This document shows positions 18,101 through 27,551 of a stretch of 64,000 nucleotides of DNA, in pieces. The position numbers and the translations under genes are program-made. Position 1 is the stretch's first letter; the number at the start of each line of letters is the position of its first letter. Where the stretch lies: IMG/VR virus record IMGVR_UViG_3300030616_000016, positions 167,648-231,647 of that record. The stretch is one strand, 5' to 3'. The notes beneath the pieces were generated by a model that was given only the letters and a program-made list of their open reading frames with translations, did no database searches and was not told the DNA's origin.

Positions 18101-20698
18101 GCTATGGCAGCTGAGCCTTTATTTGGAACAAGTACCAAACAGATTATTGAAGAAGTAGACAAGGGTATTCTATTTGGCAACAAGGCCTTTAGTTTATCAA
18201 ATCCTGATGACGTCGAACAGCTTAAAGTTATTACCAATGTCATGGGTCAGATTAAAGATGCGGCAGATTCTGCAGACGACGAAGTTGTCAATGCCATGTC
18301 CATACAAGACATTCTTAGAAGATCTAAAGGCCAATTTGAAGCTGCTGGATTAGGAGATGTTAATCCAGAAGAGCTTCTAAGTAAAAATCTTGCTATTACA
18401 GGAATGCCAGAAGGCACGTTCATGGATCTGGAAATTGAACAGGCTCTTAAAACAGGTACTGATAAGTTTCTTGTTTCTTCAAAGAATCAAAGAGAAATGA
18501 TACTTCCATCTCTTGGAGCAACAGGAAGGCTGTTTGGCAAAGGTCCTAATGCTGAAATGATATCTTTGAATGAAATGCGCAGGTCTATACTTGGTGCACA
18601 CCATGGGCTGTCTCTTATGTTAGAAGACGGAGAAAACATAGACGCTCTCAGATCCTCATATGCTACATTTCTTAAATCGCTTGCAGAGGAAAGCCATAAA
18701 ACCGGTTTGTTTGGTAGAGCAGGCGAATTGCAGTGGACTAAAAGCGCGTATCCAAACATCAGACAGTTTGATTTCTCAGATATGAGAAGAATGGATTATC
18801 TTCGTCAGGCTAAGGATTGGGCTGGATACCAGGCAGAAGCTGCTACTGTTCATATAAGCAGAGAAATGGCTGAAGAGTTTGGTGCGCTCGACAAGCTTAC
18901 CAAAAAGGGCGCCGATGATCTTTATGCTCATATGCAGTCTTATCCCGGCCTTACTCCTGGAATGCAGAGGACGGTTAAGCTTAGACTAGATGAAAACCTC
19001 AGAGGCAGGCAAATGAAGGTTGGATATGGAATTGCAATAGCCGGAGCCAGAGACTTTGATGCTGACCGTGTTGCTTTGATGTATCTAGGTGATGAGCATG
19101 AAGTTGTTAGAAATCTTTTGAACAACGATCCTAATTTATCCAAAAGCGATGCCAAGGCTATGGCTCGTAAATTTGTTTCTAGCATGAAGCAAGATTTTAG
19201 AGCAGATGCAGAGTCTATAGCATATCTACAACATTCTGAGATGAAGCTTGCACAGCGCGTTGCAGACGCAAACTTTTTATCAGCAACAAACAAGTTACAT
19301 AAAGATGCTAATGTTAATGCTGTTAGAGATATCGTCAATTATATGGGAAGGATTGATGATGTAGAAATTAAGTCTGGTGCTTACGACGATGAGATTCAGC
19401 GAATTCTATCTAAGCACGATATATCTGGTACAGCCGCAGATACGATGATCGACGTATTTAAAAAGAAGCTTGTAGCATCTAAAGAACTTGGTGTAACTAC
19501 AAACAAGCTTATGATGATGCGTAATACTCTTGCCGATAATATGATTAGAGACAAAGGAAGCAGGCAAGCTACTGATTTCGCGATACAATACTTTCATCAA
19601 ATAACACAGTCTCTTATTAGCGCTAGAAAGCATGGAGAAAAAGGTGATGCTTCTAGAGAATTAATCGAACTTCTGCAAGGTAGATCTGTTGATGGTGATT
19701 TCAAGAACCTTACAAGAGCACACAAGGATAAAATAGGCGAGCTGTTAGGAGAATCTCTTGTTGAAGGCGGTCTTGCTGGAGAGGTAAAAGACAGATGGTT
19801 GTGGAGAAGTGTTGATGAAGGCGTGTATGATTCTAACCAAGTTAAGTGGATAATAGATGAGCAAGCACAAAAGCTAAACGTAAAATCATTCAATGAATTA
19901 AAAGAAACCTTTGTTAACTTGGCAGAAGAAAATCTTAGAAGAAGAAATGAATGGGACGAGTCTAATTTCTTGTTTGAAACAACCATGAAGAAGTCTGGGC
20001 TTGGTAGATTTGCAGAGAGAGGTCAATGGTCTGTTAGACAGTTTATTGAACAGGCTCCTAAGCATATGAAGAAGCTTGGTGCCTTTGTTAAGAAGCAAGC
20101 AGATCTTCCTGAGTTTGCTCGTCTTGTTTCTCATATAACTGGAATCAATGCTATTGCAGCTTATGCTGACGACGCATCAAGGGCTACTATAAGAGAGGCT
20201 GAGAAGACAGCTTCAGATGCTTTAAATTATGCAAAGGCTGGCGATGCAGCTGCTGACATAGCAACTTCCAAAGGTAAATCATGGCTTACCAGACTGTTTG
20301 ATAAGTCAGACGAATACTTGGCTGGATCACCAAAAGCTAAGTACGCACTTGCTGGAGCTGCTATAACAGGTGCTGCTGCCTTCACATTTAGAATGTTTAG
20401 CGACCCGACCATGCCAGCTCCAGAAAGACCTGGTCCAGCCGCTCCGCCTGCTATGCCAATGGATCCAAGACAGCGCGGCATAACTCAATATCAAGGCGCT
20501 CCGCCGGCTCCTGTTTCTCCTTCATATGGCCTTGCAGATAGATTCATATCCTCAGGCTTAAGCGCTGCTCCAGAAATAGCTGTTGCAGAAATGACTAATT
20601 CACTGGACGGGCGTGGTTCTTTTGATATAATGGATCAGAGCCTAAGCGATCCACAATTCCAGGAAGAGTACGAATCGGCTCAGAGAGGTAGGTTTTAA
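15194..20698 (+). CDS. Giant virion protein with a two-barrel RNA polymerase beta-prime-like double-psi-beta-barrel (DFDAD); putative virion RNA polymerase
   Basis: aa ~1160-1300 are collinear with beta-prime motifs: LKSLAEESHKTGLFGR, VHISREMAEEF, HMQSYPGL, GRQMKVGYGIAIAGARDFDADRVALMY. Both termini are hydrophobic. Coupled to both neighbours by TAATG overlaps. Confidence 0.65.
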   Translation: MPDKPEQRSGSVAPWLVGGGLLAFGGYQGYKHFGQKHLGNMANNLGDEIKAVVPSVEQTEQIIKPSSSTEFWHKFDRAGTPAAGIGATNSFMHDIVDVEDAHYKGFDEILTPKRAAAYNKIVTAQLTDFQSVMNNTHGTNLLNIEAINESINSANTGFIDGISERAKRNTETAGLIGRSDVEDIFFAHYGRKGKRAQEFIAREQAAVSQLEDIASRLTASTGHQVKIQAINRSGVAPEIGLRVGGEFISMGAATGTRLQFGSNVYQGPQAILGRTAEGRLKTMTFHEASVNVLEQKMGELKGIKSSSQLRSKISGILSEPREAAIFSSPEDKMRAIAGVPGQPMSAADVARSGNIVTMPSIVKESGAQASRDAAETLRRITEWAGKEDWDETTRARMFHIKPGQRITPERVLRHFVTAVKGDKVDRLTFSAFTSLKALTVGGMLTPFQNIAKEGGEELRTGLLRKSQSAKYKYNKYYGYGREMRRQNLAGLLAGEGSERLAGSVSGKVHAIDKVQKLIDGEWVDVPDKLVGALGGKFSGGSGVMAISEEFGDLSHESSGDYMLKKISGSPNKKIKDTINELARKGKLDVRNLKAAGITVRKKDAQGLLRTETGSLEFSQAALKQASETENSLVIPGKRLRKISESGYAFRLGPTSVSATRGTRFIGKGSEGVLGALWSTNIKPEVRSQMAYATIQSLMEESDIKYSRNLDEFAATISGELDRADPNARYFKGVEGNQKRWQQLTDLMTERMQKEGVDKRSLDKFRASMEGYGPGKTIEFAAEGQHYRARATTLTGTAFPRMYPLEEETALHGTVGRYKSEYTKKLDDFNKALAGHEDLPGVQRFMEAQTKKHSILEDVLRHESVPDTLIRNFNEAETQQLEAIREIQRMEGGPIKGIEKKFIALKTSEEQFMSKLTQRAQSTPRRYRPQDFMMMAIKAHADPENRDTGVLEYLLRMQEGSQARRSFQNVAMAAEPLFGTSTKQIIEEVDKGILFGNKAFSLSNPDDVEQLKVITNVMGQIKDAADSADDEVVNAMSIQDILRRSKGQFEAAGLGDVNPEELLSKNLAITGMPEGTFMDLEIEQALKTGTDKFLVSSKNQREMILPSLGATGRLFGKGPNAEMISLNEMRRSILGAHHGLSLMLEDGENIDALRSSYATFLKSLAEESHKTGLFGRAGELQWTKSAYPNIRQFDFSDMRRMDYLRQAKDWAGYQAEAATVHISREMAEEFGALDKLTKKGADDLYAHMQSYPGLTPGMQRTVKLRLDENLRGRQMKVGYGIAIAGARDFDADRVALMYLGDEHEVVRNLLNNDPNLSKSDAKAMARKFVSSMKQDFRADAESIAYLQHSEMKLAQRVADANFLSATNKLHKDANVNAVRDIVNYMGRIDDVEIKSGAYDDEIQRILSKHDISGTAADTMIDVFKKKLVASKELGVTTNKLMMMRNTLADNMIRDKGSRQATDFAIQYFHQITQSLISARKHGEKGDASRELIELLQGRSVDGDFKNLTRAHKDKIGELLGESLVEGGLAGEVKDRWLWRSVDEGVYDSNQVKWIIDEQAQKLNVKSFNELKETFVNLAEENLRRRNEWDESNFLFETTMKKSGLGRFAERGQWSVRQFIEQAPKHMKKLGAFVKKQADLPEFARLVSHITGINAIAAYADDASRATIREAEKTASDALNYAKAGDAAADIATSKGKSWLTRLFDKSDEYLAGSPKAKYALAGAAITGAAAFTFRMFSDPTMPAPERPGPAAPPAMPMDPRQRGITQYQGAPPAPVSPSYGLADRFISSGLSAAPEIAVAEMTNSLDGRGSFDIMDQSLSDPQFQEEYESAQRGRF

Positions 20699-23600
20699 TG
20701 AATAAAAATATTAAAATAGGTCCAGTACAATTAAGTGTTGACGCTGATAGCTTTTCTATATCAGATAGAAAGGTTAATACAATGGTGCCTGGTCTTCGAA
20801 GTAATATACCAAAGGTCATCAATACAGGAAAGAGCAGGCTCGAATATTCCTTCAGTGCTATATTCGCAAACGAAGAAGAGATCAACACAAAGCTAAGACC
20901 TATTATTGCCTATTTCAAAGCAGTTCCTTTTATTACTGTAAAATCAGATGTATTGAATAAGCTTCTTGCAACTCGTCTTGTATCAAAAGCTGTTGCGAAT
21001 CAAAGCAGCTCCTATGATAAGCTAGGTTCTAATTTTATACAGAATAAACTTATCAGCGATCTTCGTAATGCAATATACGAACATCTTTTAGATCCTATTG
21101 TTAAGAGCTACATGAATTTGACTGTTATAGATAAAACTATAATAGATCAGTTTATAAAAGAAAAACTTGGTGTGTCATTGGATGATATAAATCGACCAGC
21201 TCTAAGAACTCTTGTGTCAAGATATGTAGAGCTAAATTACTATGTGTCTAAGGCCACAATCCCTATCAAGGGTGGATCTAACGAACAGCAGATACGTGAA
21301 TTAAGAAAGCATATAAGAGAAAAACTCGCTGGCCAGCTAAAAGAAAGAGATGTTATAGACAGAGCAAAAACTGCTGGTATAGTACAGGTTGCTGATGCCT
21401 CTGATGTATATGATGGTGACACTTTTGTTGTTAGTGGAACAACATATCGTTTATTTGGCGTAGATGCATTTGAAACAGTAAGACCAGGAACTCAGCTTGG
21501 TCCAGGTCAAGAAAAGAAACCTGAGAAATCATACGCAGCTTCCGCTAAATCCTTTCTTGTAGACAGACTTGTTGGTCAGAACTTTACTCTATCTGAAGTT
21601 GGAACTAGAACATATAATCGTGTTTTAGGAATATGCGAATCCGTATCTCCAAGCCATGGAGAGAATGCTAATGTTGGTTTAGAGATGGTTAGCCAAGGCA
21701 TAGCGCTTCCATCTGGCGTTGCAAGTATGGGTAGATATGCAACTATAGAAAGCTTGCCATATCTCAAAGCTGCTAAAACTGCTGCAGAATCTGGGTTGGG
21801 GATATGGAGTCAATCTGAAATTCAAGTGCCAGAGCTTTGGAGAAAGTATGCACAAAATATTAACAACTTTGCTAATCCGTCAAGTCCGACTGTTTTAGAT
21901 TCAGACATACAAGAATTGACAATAAAGCCTGCATCTGTTCTTAAACAGCTTATCGATTCTTTAATTGAAGAGCTTGAGGGTCGTACTCCTAATATAGGTA
22001 TTAACTTTGTTGCATCTGCTCAGCCAATCTTAGATGCATATGAGCAGAGCATTGTATCTGAAGACAAGAAAAAAGAGGACGTAGATAGAGTTTCTGAGTT
22101 TATTGGATTCCCAGAAGATCTTATCCCGTCATGCTTTGCTGGTATTTCATATTCAGCAGTGCACGATTTACCACAGGCCATACAGGCACAGTTTCATTTC
22201 TCAGTGTTCAATCATGCTCCTTATGGTCCTACTTTTGGCTTCAAGTCTGACGTAGTTCAGCAAAACGGAGTTTCAGCGGTAGTATCAGATCCAGACATAA
22301 CATATTCACGTTTAGTGCAAGGCTATGTTAGCAAGGAATTTTTGGAGGAGCCAGCATCCAAACAATACCTAACAGCATACACGCCAGCTAAAGACTTTAC
22401 CATACACTATAATGATGTAGACACGATTGTTAAGAAGACATCAAAAGCTAAATTAAGAGAGTCAGATATTAAGACTAGCGAAAGAGTGCAGAAGTCAAAG
22501 GAAATGTTGAACAAGCGCGAATCTGTTGTGTTCATAGGGAAGCGAATTACTATATCTCCTGATTCTGGTGAGATAGAAATATCAATATTGGAGGATGAAG
22601 AAAAGAAACAGTCAACTGTACATAAGCTTAATAATATACAAATTGAATCTGTAAGCTGCAACATAACAAATAACATTGTCCATTTACCTATTGAAGCTGC
22701 CGCTATTCCAACTGCTCAACACATTGGAAGAGGTATAGGTTCTGTGTCGTTAGAGATTTCTTCTACAGATGAGAACTCTATGGCTGTTTTTAGAACTCTT
22801 GAGCATGCTATTCAAAATGCAATGCATATATCCAATCAGTATGGAGCTCCTACTTCTTTCAGAATAACTAATCCAACAATTAATTTGTCTGGAGCCAAAG
22901 ACTTTGTTTTCGATAATATAGTTGTTAGCAATGACAGATCAGCTCCAGGTAAGTATAATATGAGGATTAATCTGGTCGAAAGCTTTAATGCCGAGGAAGA
23001 CACAGAAGAGAAATTGATACCTAAGATTGATTTTGATTTCAAGGATGGCTCTGGTGTCGCAAAGAAAGTAGTAGAGGCATTAAAAGAACACGCTGGTAGT
23101 CCATTTTATGACAAGTTTATGTCTACTTTCTTCCCGATGACAAAGCCTAGTAGGTCTGTTTCTTCTGATATAGAAGAGTATGTAAATACATATCCTCTTA
23201 TGCTTCTATTTGCTCACACCCATAAAGACACGCCAAATCCGGTTCTTTTGGATGCATACGGAGAAAATATAGGATTTATAGAAAGCTTTTCTAATATTGT
23301 AAATAGAGTTAAATATGACAACATAACTCCCAAAGCTGTTAATATGAGAGACAATCTCATTGAAAGATTGTATCAAATTGATCGCGCATGGTTCGTAGAT
23401 ATAGCTAGCTCTCTTCCAATAAACATAAGCACTGCAATAAATGAAAGAAATCCTTTTAGCACAGCGTCTTCAGTACAAGATGATGTAAGAAAGTTTAGCA
23501 ACCAGTCAATAGTATTTGACAAGGATAATTATAATCCAAGCTATTTGATAAAAGGAGGTAAGTGGGTCATTGGCCCATGGGGTAAAGGACCAGGCGCTAC

Positions 23601-26600
23601 TGCAGGATCAACAGATGCCATGTTAAATCGCAGAGACTACTTTTTGCAGTTCTTATCTACAAAAGATTTTACCAAAAAGTATTTGTTAAACTTATCACAA
23701 GGTTGTTTTAGTGCTGCATATTATTTCAGAAATCTTTTTGAAGATGAATTAGATAGCAACGAGCAAGCTAAGAAAGCCTTTTATAATTGCATCTCATTTC
23801 TTCTTAGCGAAGCTCTAGAATCTAGTCCTAATTTTGAAGGCTTCTTTGGTGCTTGGATTACAAGACAGGTAGGCCTTTATTCTGAAGACCTAGATAGAAG
23901 TCTTTTGCCCACAAGACAAGAGCCAACTACATTTAATGATCTTAATCTACCTACATATAGAGATGTATTTGGCAAAACAGACTCAGTAGTAATTGAAGAA
24001 AGAAAGAAGTTGATTTCTGACTTGCGTGCTATTAGCATTTATATTCCAGAGATATCATACAATGTAGATACTATATCTAGTCCGTATCAATTTTATTCCG
24101 ACATTGTTACTCAGTATCATGTTGGCAAGAGTAATATTGGCCTTCATATGATTAGCGGTTCTAATTTATATAGATCCCAAGACAAGGCTCTCGATAATGT
24201 ATATGACACTGCAGTAGAAATTTACTCAAAAGAAACTGAGACGATGAAATCTAGGCTGCCTGTTTCTGATGCAGTACTTCCAAGAAATAAAGAGTTTTGG
24301 TCGCGTTTAGACCCAAATGCAATAGCTCGTTCTCCAGATGATGTCGTTGAGCCTGGGTGGATGTATGATCTTCAGTGGGAAGATGTGTCTGATACGGCAT
24401 CTGTTACAATGAACCATCTTAAAAAGGTGCATTCTAATAATGTTAACAAGATATCGCCAATAACAACTAATGACTTAGAAGACAATGACATACTTAACAA
24501 CTATGAAGATCTAACTGTAGGCGATAATTACATAGAAAAGATAAAAGAAGTATCTAGTAAAAAAAGAATGTTCAAAGGGTCGCAAATAGGCGATATTAAC
24601 TTTGCTGAAGTTCCTTTACAGTCTATATCTTCTGTTGATAAGTCTAAAAAGAAGTATCCGTCAAGCGGGACAAGTACTACGACTAACTTGCCTGGTAGTT
24701 TTTCTACTGACTCTATCGATACTGATAGACATACTAACAGATTAACAAGAGATAGATATAAAGACGACAAGATATCTTCTATTAGAAAAGCTTATCCAGG
24801 ATACGCGATATATTTTCTTGAAGAGGATGCAGAGGACTGGGGTTATCTTGATGATTATTACAGGTACGACTCAGTTATATCTTGGGACGTTGTACAATCC
24901 AAAAAAGATATAGACACTGCAGTAGTTAAATTTACTAACTTTAAGGGCGTGTTAAGCAATCAGTCTCCAAACAAAGATCGCCTAAAAGATGAAGTTGTTA
25001 GTGCAACTGAAACTGTTGATGAAAGTATTTCTGAGCCAGTGGATCCTAACTCTGCTTATGAGGGAGACCTAAGTGGTCTAGAAGGGCTGTTAACAGCCTT
25101 TAAGCTTAGACAAGGAACTAGAATTATTATCAAGTCTGGATTTACAACTAAGATTTCTGAGATGGAGACTATATTTACCGGACAAGTGGTCGAAGTATCC
25201 CCTGGAGATATCATCACTGTTATTTGTCAAGGATATGGATCTCAGCTTATGTCTTCCATGAATAAAGAGTTTATGTGGGATGATCATAACTTCCCAGAAA
25301 TATTATCAACGGTTCTTTATGACACAACTTACTTTGGCAAATGGGAGAGATTTGTTGATAGGCTTCCTGGTCAAAGTAAAATGTATAGCGGAACCGTAGG
25401 ATCAATTATTTCTCACAAGCTTATAGGCGATTATTTTCCTAGCACCGCTGATGATAATATATATAGAATAGCAAAACCTCACGATAATTTCTTTAAGTGG
25501 ATGTGGGATTGGGCGTGGGGAACAAATTGGCAAATTCGAGGACCTATTTGGTCTAATATATTGACAATGACAAGATATGTGCCAAATACGATACTAACAA
25601 TTCGTCCTTACGATGGACGAGCTACGCTGATATGGAATGATTATGATGGCTACTATATTGACACTAACCACATAAGCAGTCTTAGTTCTCAAATCGGCCA
25701 TGCTGCCTCGGATTATTTGCTAAGGTCTGGTCTTAAACAAAACGACAACCAGACCAAATCAGAAATGCTTGGTGAGATTTTATCCAATGATATTTTTACA
25801 TCTAATGGATCATCTAGTCCGTATATGAGAAGCGAACAAAGGCTAAGCGATGCCAGGTCAAATTTATACAACCACGGCATATATGATTTTAATGATAAAA
25901 TAGACTTGATTAATGAGGAGCTGATATTAACCATTTTGTCTGATTGGTTCATGGATAAGTTTCTTAAAAATATAATAATTAGTAGTGAAGAGCTATTTTC
26001 AAATCATGTAGTTAAGCTAAGAATGGATTCTACCGTACCAATCTCTATTGAACCTATTCTGAAGACCATGGAAAGACCTAGTCAAAAATATAGCGAAGCT
26101 GTGCCATTTTCTCCGCTTTCTAAGCCTACTGGAAATAGAAAAGTCGAAAGCAAGTTTTATGTGTCTGATGTTAGCGGAAATATTGCAAGGGGTATTATTC
26201 CCATAGCATACTTACTACCAGAAAACGTAAATATTGCTAAAGACAGAGACAATATAAGAATAGATCAAATTAAAAAAATAGTTAGTGCTGTAGTTAGATA
26301 TGCAGAGAATCATCCTGGCATAGGTATCAATATCAAAGACGGCAAAACTATGGATGCTATTATGCAGTCTTTAGATATGGAGAATATCATACCTGGATAC
26401 TTGGCTATGTATGATAGTCGTAATTTCTTAGCTGCATTTGAAATATATCTTCCAATTAGTCGCGAGGTTGTATCGCAGATATTATCGTATTTACTTCCTG
26501 CGATATATGGATCTGTAGACTATGTCAGCAGGAATCCCGGCACATTTTTATCTGACGTAAACAATAGCGCAGATAAACTAAAAGATCCGTATGTACCTCC

Positions 26601-27549
26601 TAATATGAGACCTATAGTCGAAACACACTCTGCGGTTAGTGGTGTAAATATCATTAAAAACAATATTAGAGCTACAATGTCTGAGTCGGCCAATACTGTT
26701 TCTCTCACTAAAGAGGACTCTAATAGTACTATGGAGCTTTCAGTTTCTCCTGGTTTAACAACCAAGCTTGCCAAGTCAATTGTAGACATAAACTGTGAAG
26801 ATGTTCAGGTGAGAACTCAGGCAATATTTGGTGCCCTACAAGAAGAAATGCAGAAAATGTATAGAGGTCTTCTTATTTTATCTGGCAATCCAAGAATTAA
26901 ACCTTATCATTATATTAGAGTAGACGATTATTATAATAGTATGTTTGGATCTATAGAGGTAGATAAGGTTATTCATTCTTTCAATCATAAGAGCGGATTT
27001 ACATCTTCTATTGTTCCTCATATGATTGTTAGAGCCAGAACAGATCGTGGTTATTATGCTGCTATGATGGCAAATGCCGAGGCTGGTTTTAAGACTATGC
27101 TTGGTTTAGGAGCAGCGTTGGCTCTAGCTATAGGTACGTTTGGCATTGGATGGATTGGAATTATAGCTGGTGTTGGCATAGGTATAGGCACTGGAATAAC
27201 AACTAGTAAGTTTCTAGGTCCTGGAGCAGGTCAGCCAGGATGGTTTCTTGGTATACCATACCCCACGTTTTCTGGCCAGGGCTTATTTGATAAATCTAGG
27301 CTCAATCCTGTCAAAATAGCTCCGCTTATATACAAGGGTGCGCCGTATGTTGTTGGGCTTGAGGGATGGGACAATAAACAATGGACATATTCAGAATATA
27401 AACGAGAGCTTATGCGACTATATGAAGCCGGATGGGACAAATTTCATTCGCAAATCTCAGACGCTAAGAACGCTTTGTGGGATGCTGCTGGTGAAGCATA
27501 TCAGGCAGGCCATCATACCGCAGAACATATTTGGTGGAATAGGAGGTAG
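20698..27549 (+). CDS. Giant baseplate hub-like protein with a staphylococcal nuclease (SNase) domain
   Basis: SNase motifs VYDGDTF, YRLFGVDAFET, TYNRVLG, NVGLEMVSQGIA, GLGIWS. Hub-type motifs GTRIIIKSGF...IFTGQVVEV...VICQGYG and SGNPRIKPYHYI...IEVDKVIHSF. C-terminal hydrophobic hairpin. Confidence 0.72.
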   Translation: MNKNIKIGPVQLSVDADSFSISDRKVNTMVPGLRSNIPKVINTGKSRLEYSFSAIFANEEEINTKLRPIIAYFKAVPFITVKSDVLNKLLATRLVSKAVANQSSSYDKLGSNFIQNKLISDLRNAIYEHLLDPIVKSYMNLTVIDKTIIDQFIKEKLGVSLDDINRPALRTLVSRYVELNYYVSKATIPIKGGSNEQQIRELRKHIREKLAGQLKERDVIDRAKTAGIVQVADASDVYDGDTFVVSGTTYRLFGVDAFETVRPGTQLGPGQEKKPEKSYAASAKSFLVDRLVGQNFTLSEVGTRTYNRVLGICESVSPSHGENANVGLEMVSQGIALPSGVASMGRYATIESLPYLKAAKTAAESGLGIWSQSEIQVPELWRKYAQNINNFANPSSPTVLDSDIQELTIKPASVLKQLIDSLIEELEGRTPNIGINFVASAQPILDAYEQSIVSEDKKKEDVDRVSEFIGFPEDLIPSCFAGISYSAVHDLPQAIQAQFHFSVFNHAPYGPTFGFKSDVVQQNGVSAVVSDPDITYSRLVQGYVSKEFLEEPASKQYLTAYTPAKDFTIHYNDVDTIVKKTSKAKLRESDIKTSERVQKSKEMLNKRESVVFIGKRITISPDSGEIEISILEDEEKKQSTVHKLNNIQIESVSCNITNNIVHLPIEAAAIPTAQHIGRGIGSVSLEISSTDENSMAVFRTLEHAIQNAMHISNQYGAPTSFRITNPTINLSGAKDFVFDNIVVSNDRSAPGKYNMRINLVESFNAEEDTEEKLIPKIDFDFKDGSGVAKKVVEALKEHAGSPFYDKFMSTFFPMTKPSRSVSSDIEEYVNTYPLMLLFAHTHKDTPNPVLLDAYGENIGFIESFSNIVNRVKYDNITPKAVNMRDNLIERLYQIDRAWFVDIASSLPINISTAINERNPFSTASSVQDDVRKFSNQSIVFDKDNYNPSYLIKGGKWVIGPWGKGPGATAGSTDAMLNRRDYFLQFLSTKDFTKKYLLNLSQGCFSAAYYFRNLFEDELDSNEQAKKAFYNCISFLLSEALESSPNFEGFFGAWITRQVGLYSEDLDRSLLPTRQEPTTFNDLNLPTYRDVFGKTDSVVIEERKKLISDLRAISIYIPEISYNVDTISSPYQFYSDIVTQYHVGKSNIGLHMISGSNLYRSQDKALDNVYDTAVEIYSKETETMKSRLPVSDAVLPRNKEFWSRLDPNAIARSPDDVVEPGWMYDLQWEDVSDTASVTMNHLKKVHSNNVNKISPITTNDLEDNDILNNYEDLTVGDNYIEKIKEVSSKKRMFKGSQIGDINFAEVPLQSISSVDKSKKKYPSSGTSTTTNLPGSFSTDSIDTDRHTNRLTRDRYKDDKISSIRKAYPGYAIYFLEEDAEDWGYLDDYYRYDSVISWDVVQSKKDIDTAVVKFTNFKGVLSNQSPNKDRLKDEVVSATETVDESISEPVDPNSAYEGDLSGLEGLLTAFKLRQGTRIIIKSGFTTKISEMETIFTGQVVEVSPGDIITVICQGYGSQLMSSMNKEFMWDDHNFPEILSTVLYDTTYFGKWERFVDRLPGQSKMYSGTVGSIISHKLIGDYFPSTADDNIYRIAKPHDNFFKWMWDWAWGTNWQIRGPIWSNILTMTRYVPNTILTIRPYDGRATLIWNDYDGYYIDTNHISSLSSQIGHAASDYLLRSGLKQNDNQTKSEMLGEILSNDIFTSNGSSSPYMRSEQRLSDARSNLYNHGIYDFNDKIDLINEELILTILSDWFMDKFLKNIIISSEELFSNHVVKLRMDSTVPISIEPILKTMERPSQKYSEAVPFSPLSKPTGNRKVESKFYVSDVSGNIARGIIPIAYLLPENVNIAKDRDNIRIDQIKKIVSAVVRYAENHPGIGINIKDGKTMDAIMQSLDMENIIPGYLAMYDSRNFLAAFEIYLPISREVVSQILSYLLPAIYGSVDYVSRNPGTFLSDVNNSADKLKDPYVPPNMRPIVETHSAVSGVNIIKNNIRATMSESANTVSLTKEDSNSTMELSVSPGLTTKLAKSIVDINCEDVQVRTQAIFGALQEEMQKMYRGLLILSGNPRIKPYHYIRVDDYYNSMFGSIEVDKVIHSFNHKSGFTSSIVPHMIVRARTDRGYYAAMMANAEAGFKTMLGLGAALALAIGTFGIGWIGIIAGVGIGIGTGITTSKFLGPGAGQPGWFLGIPYPTFSGQGLFDKSRLNPVKIAPLIYKGAPYVVGLEGWDNKQWTYSEYKRELMRLYEAGWDKFHSQISDAKNALWDAAGEAYQAGHHTAEHIWWNRR

Positions 27550-27551
27550 TT

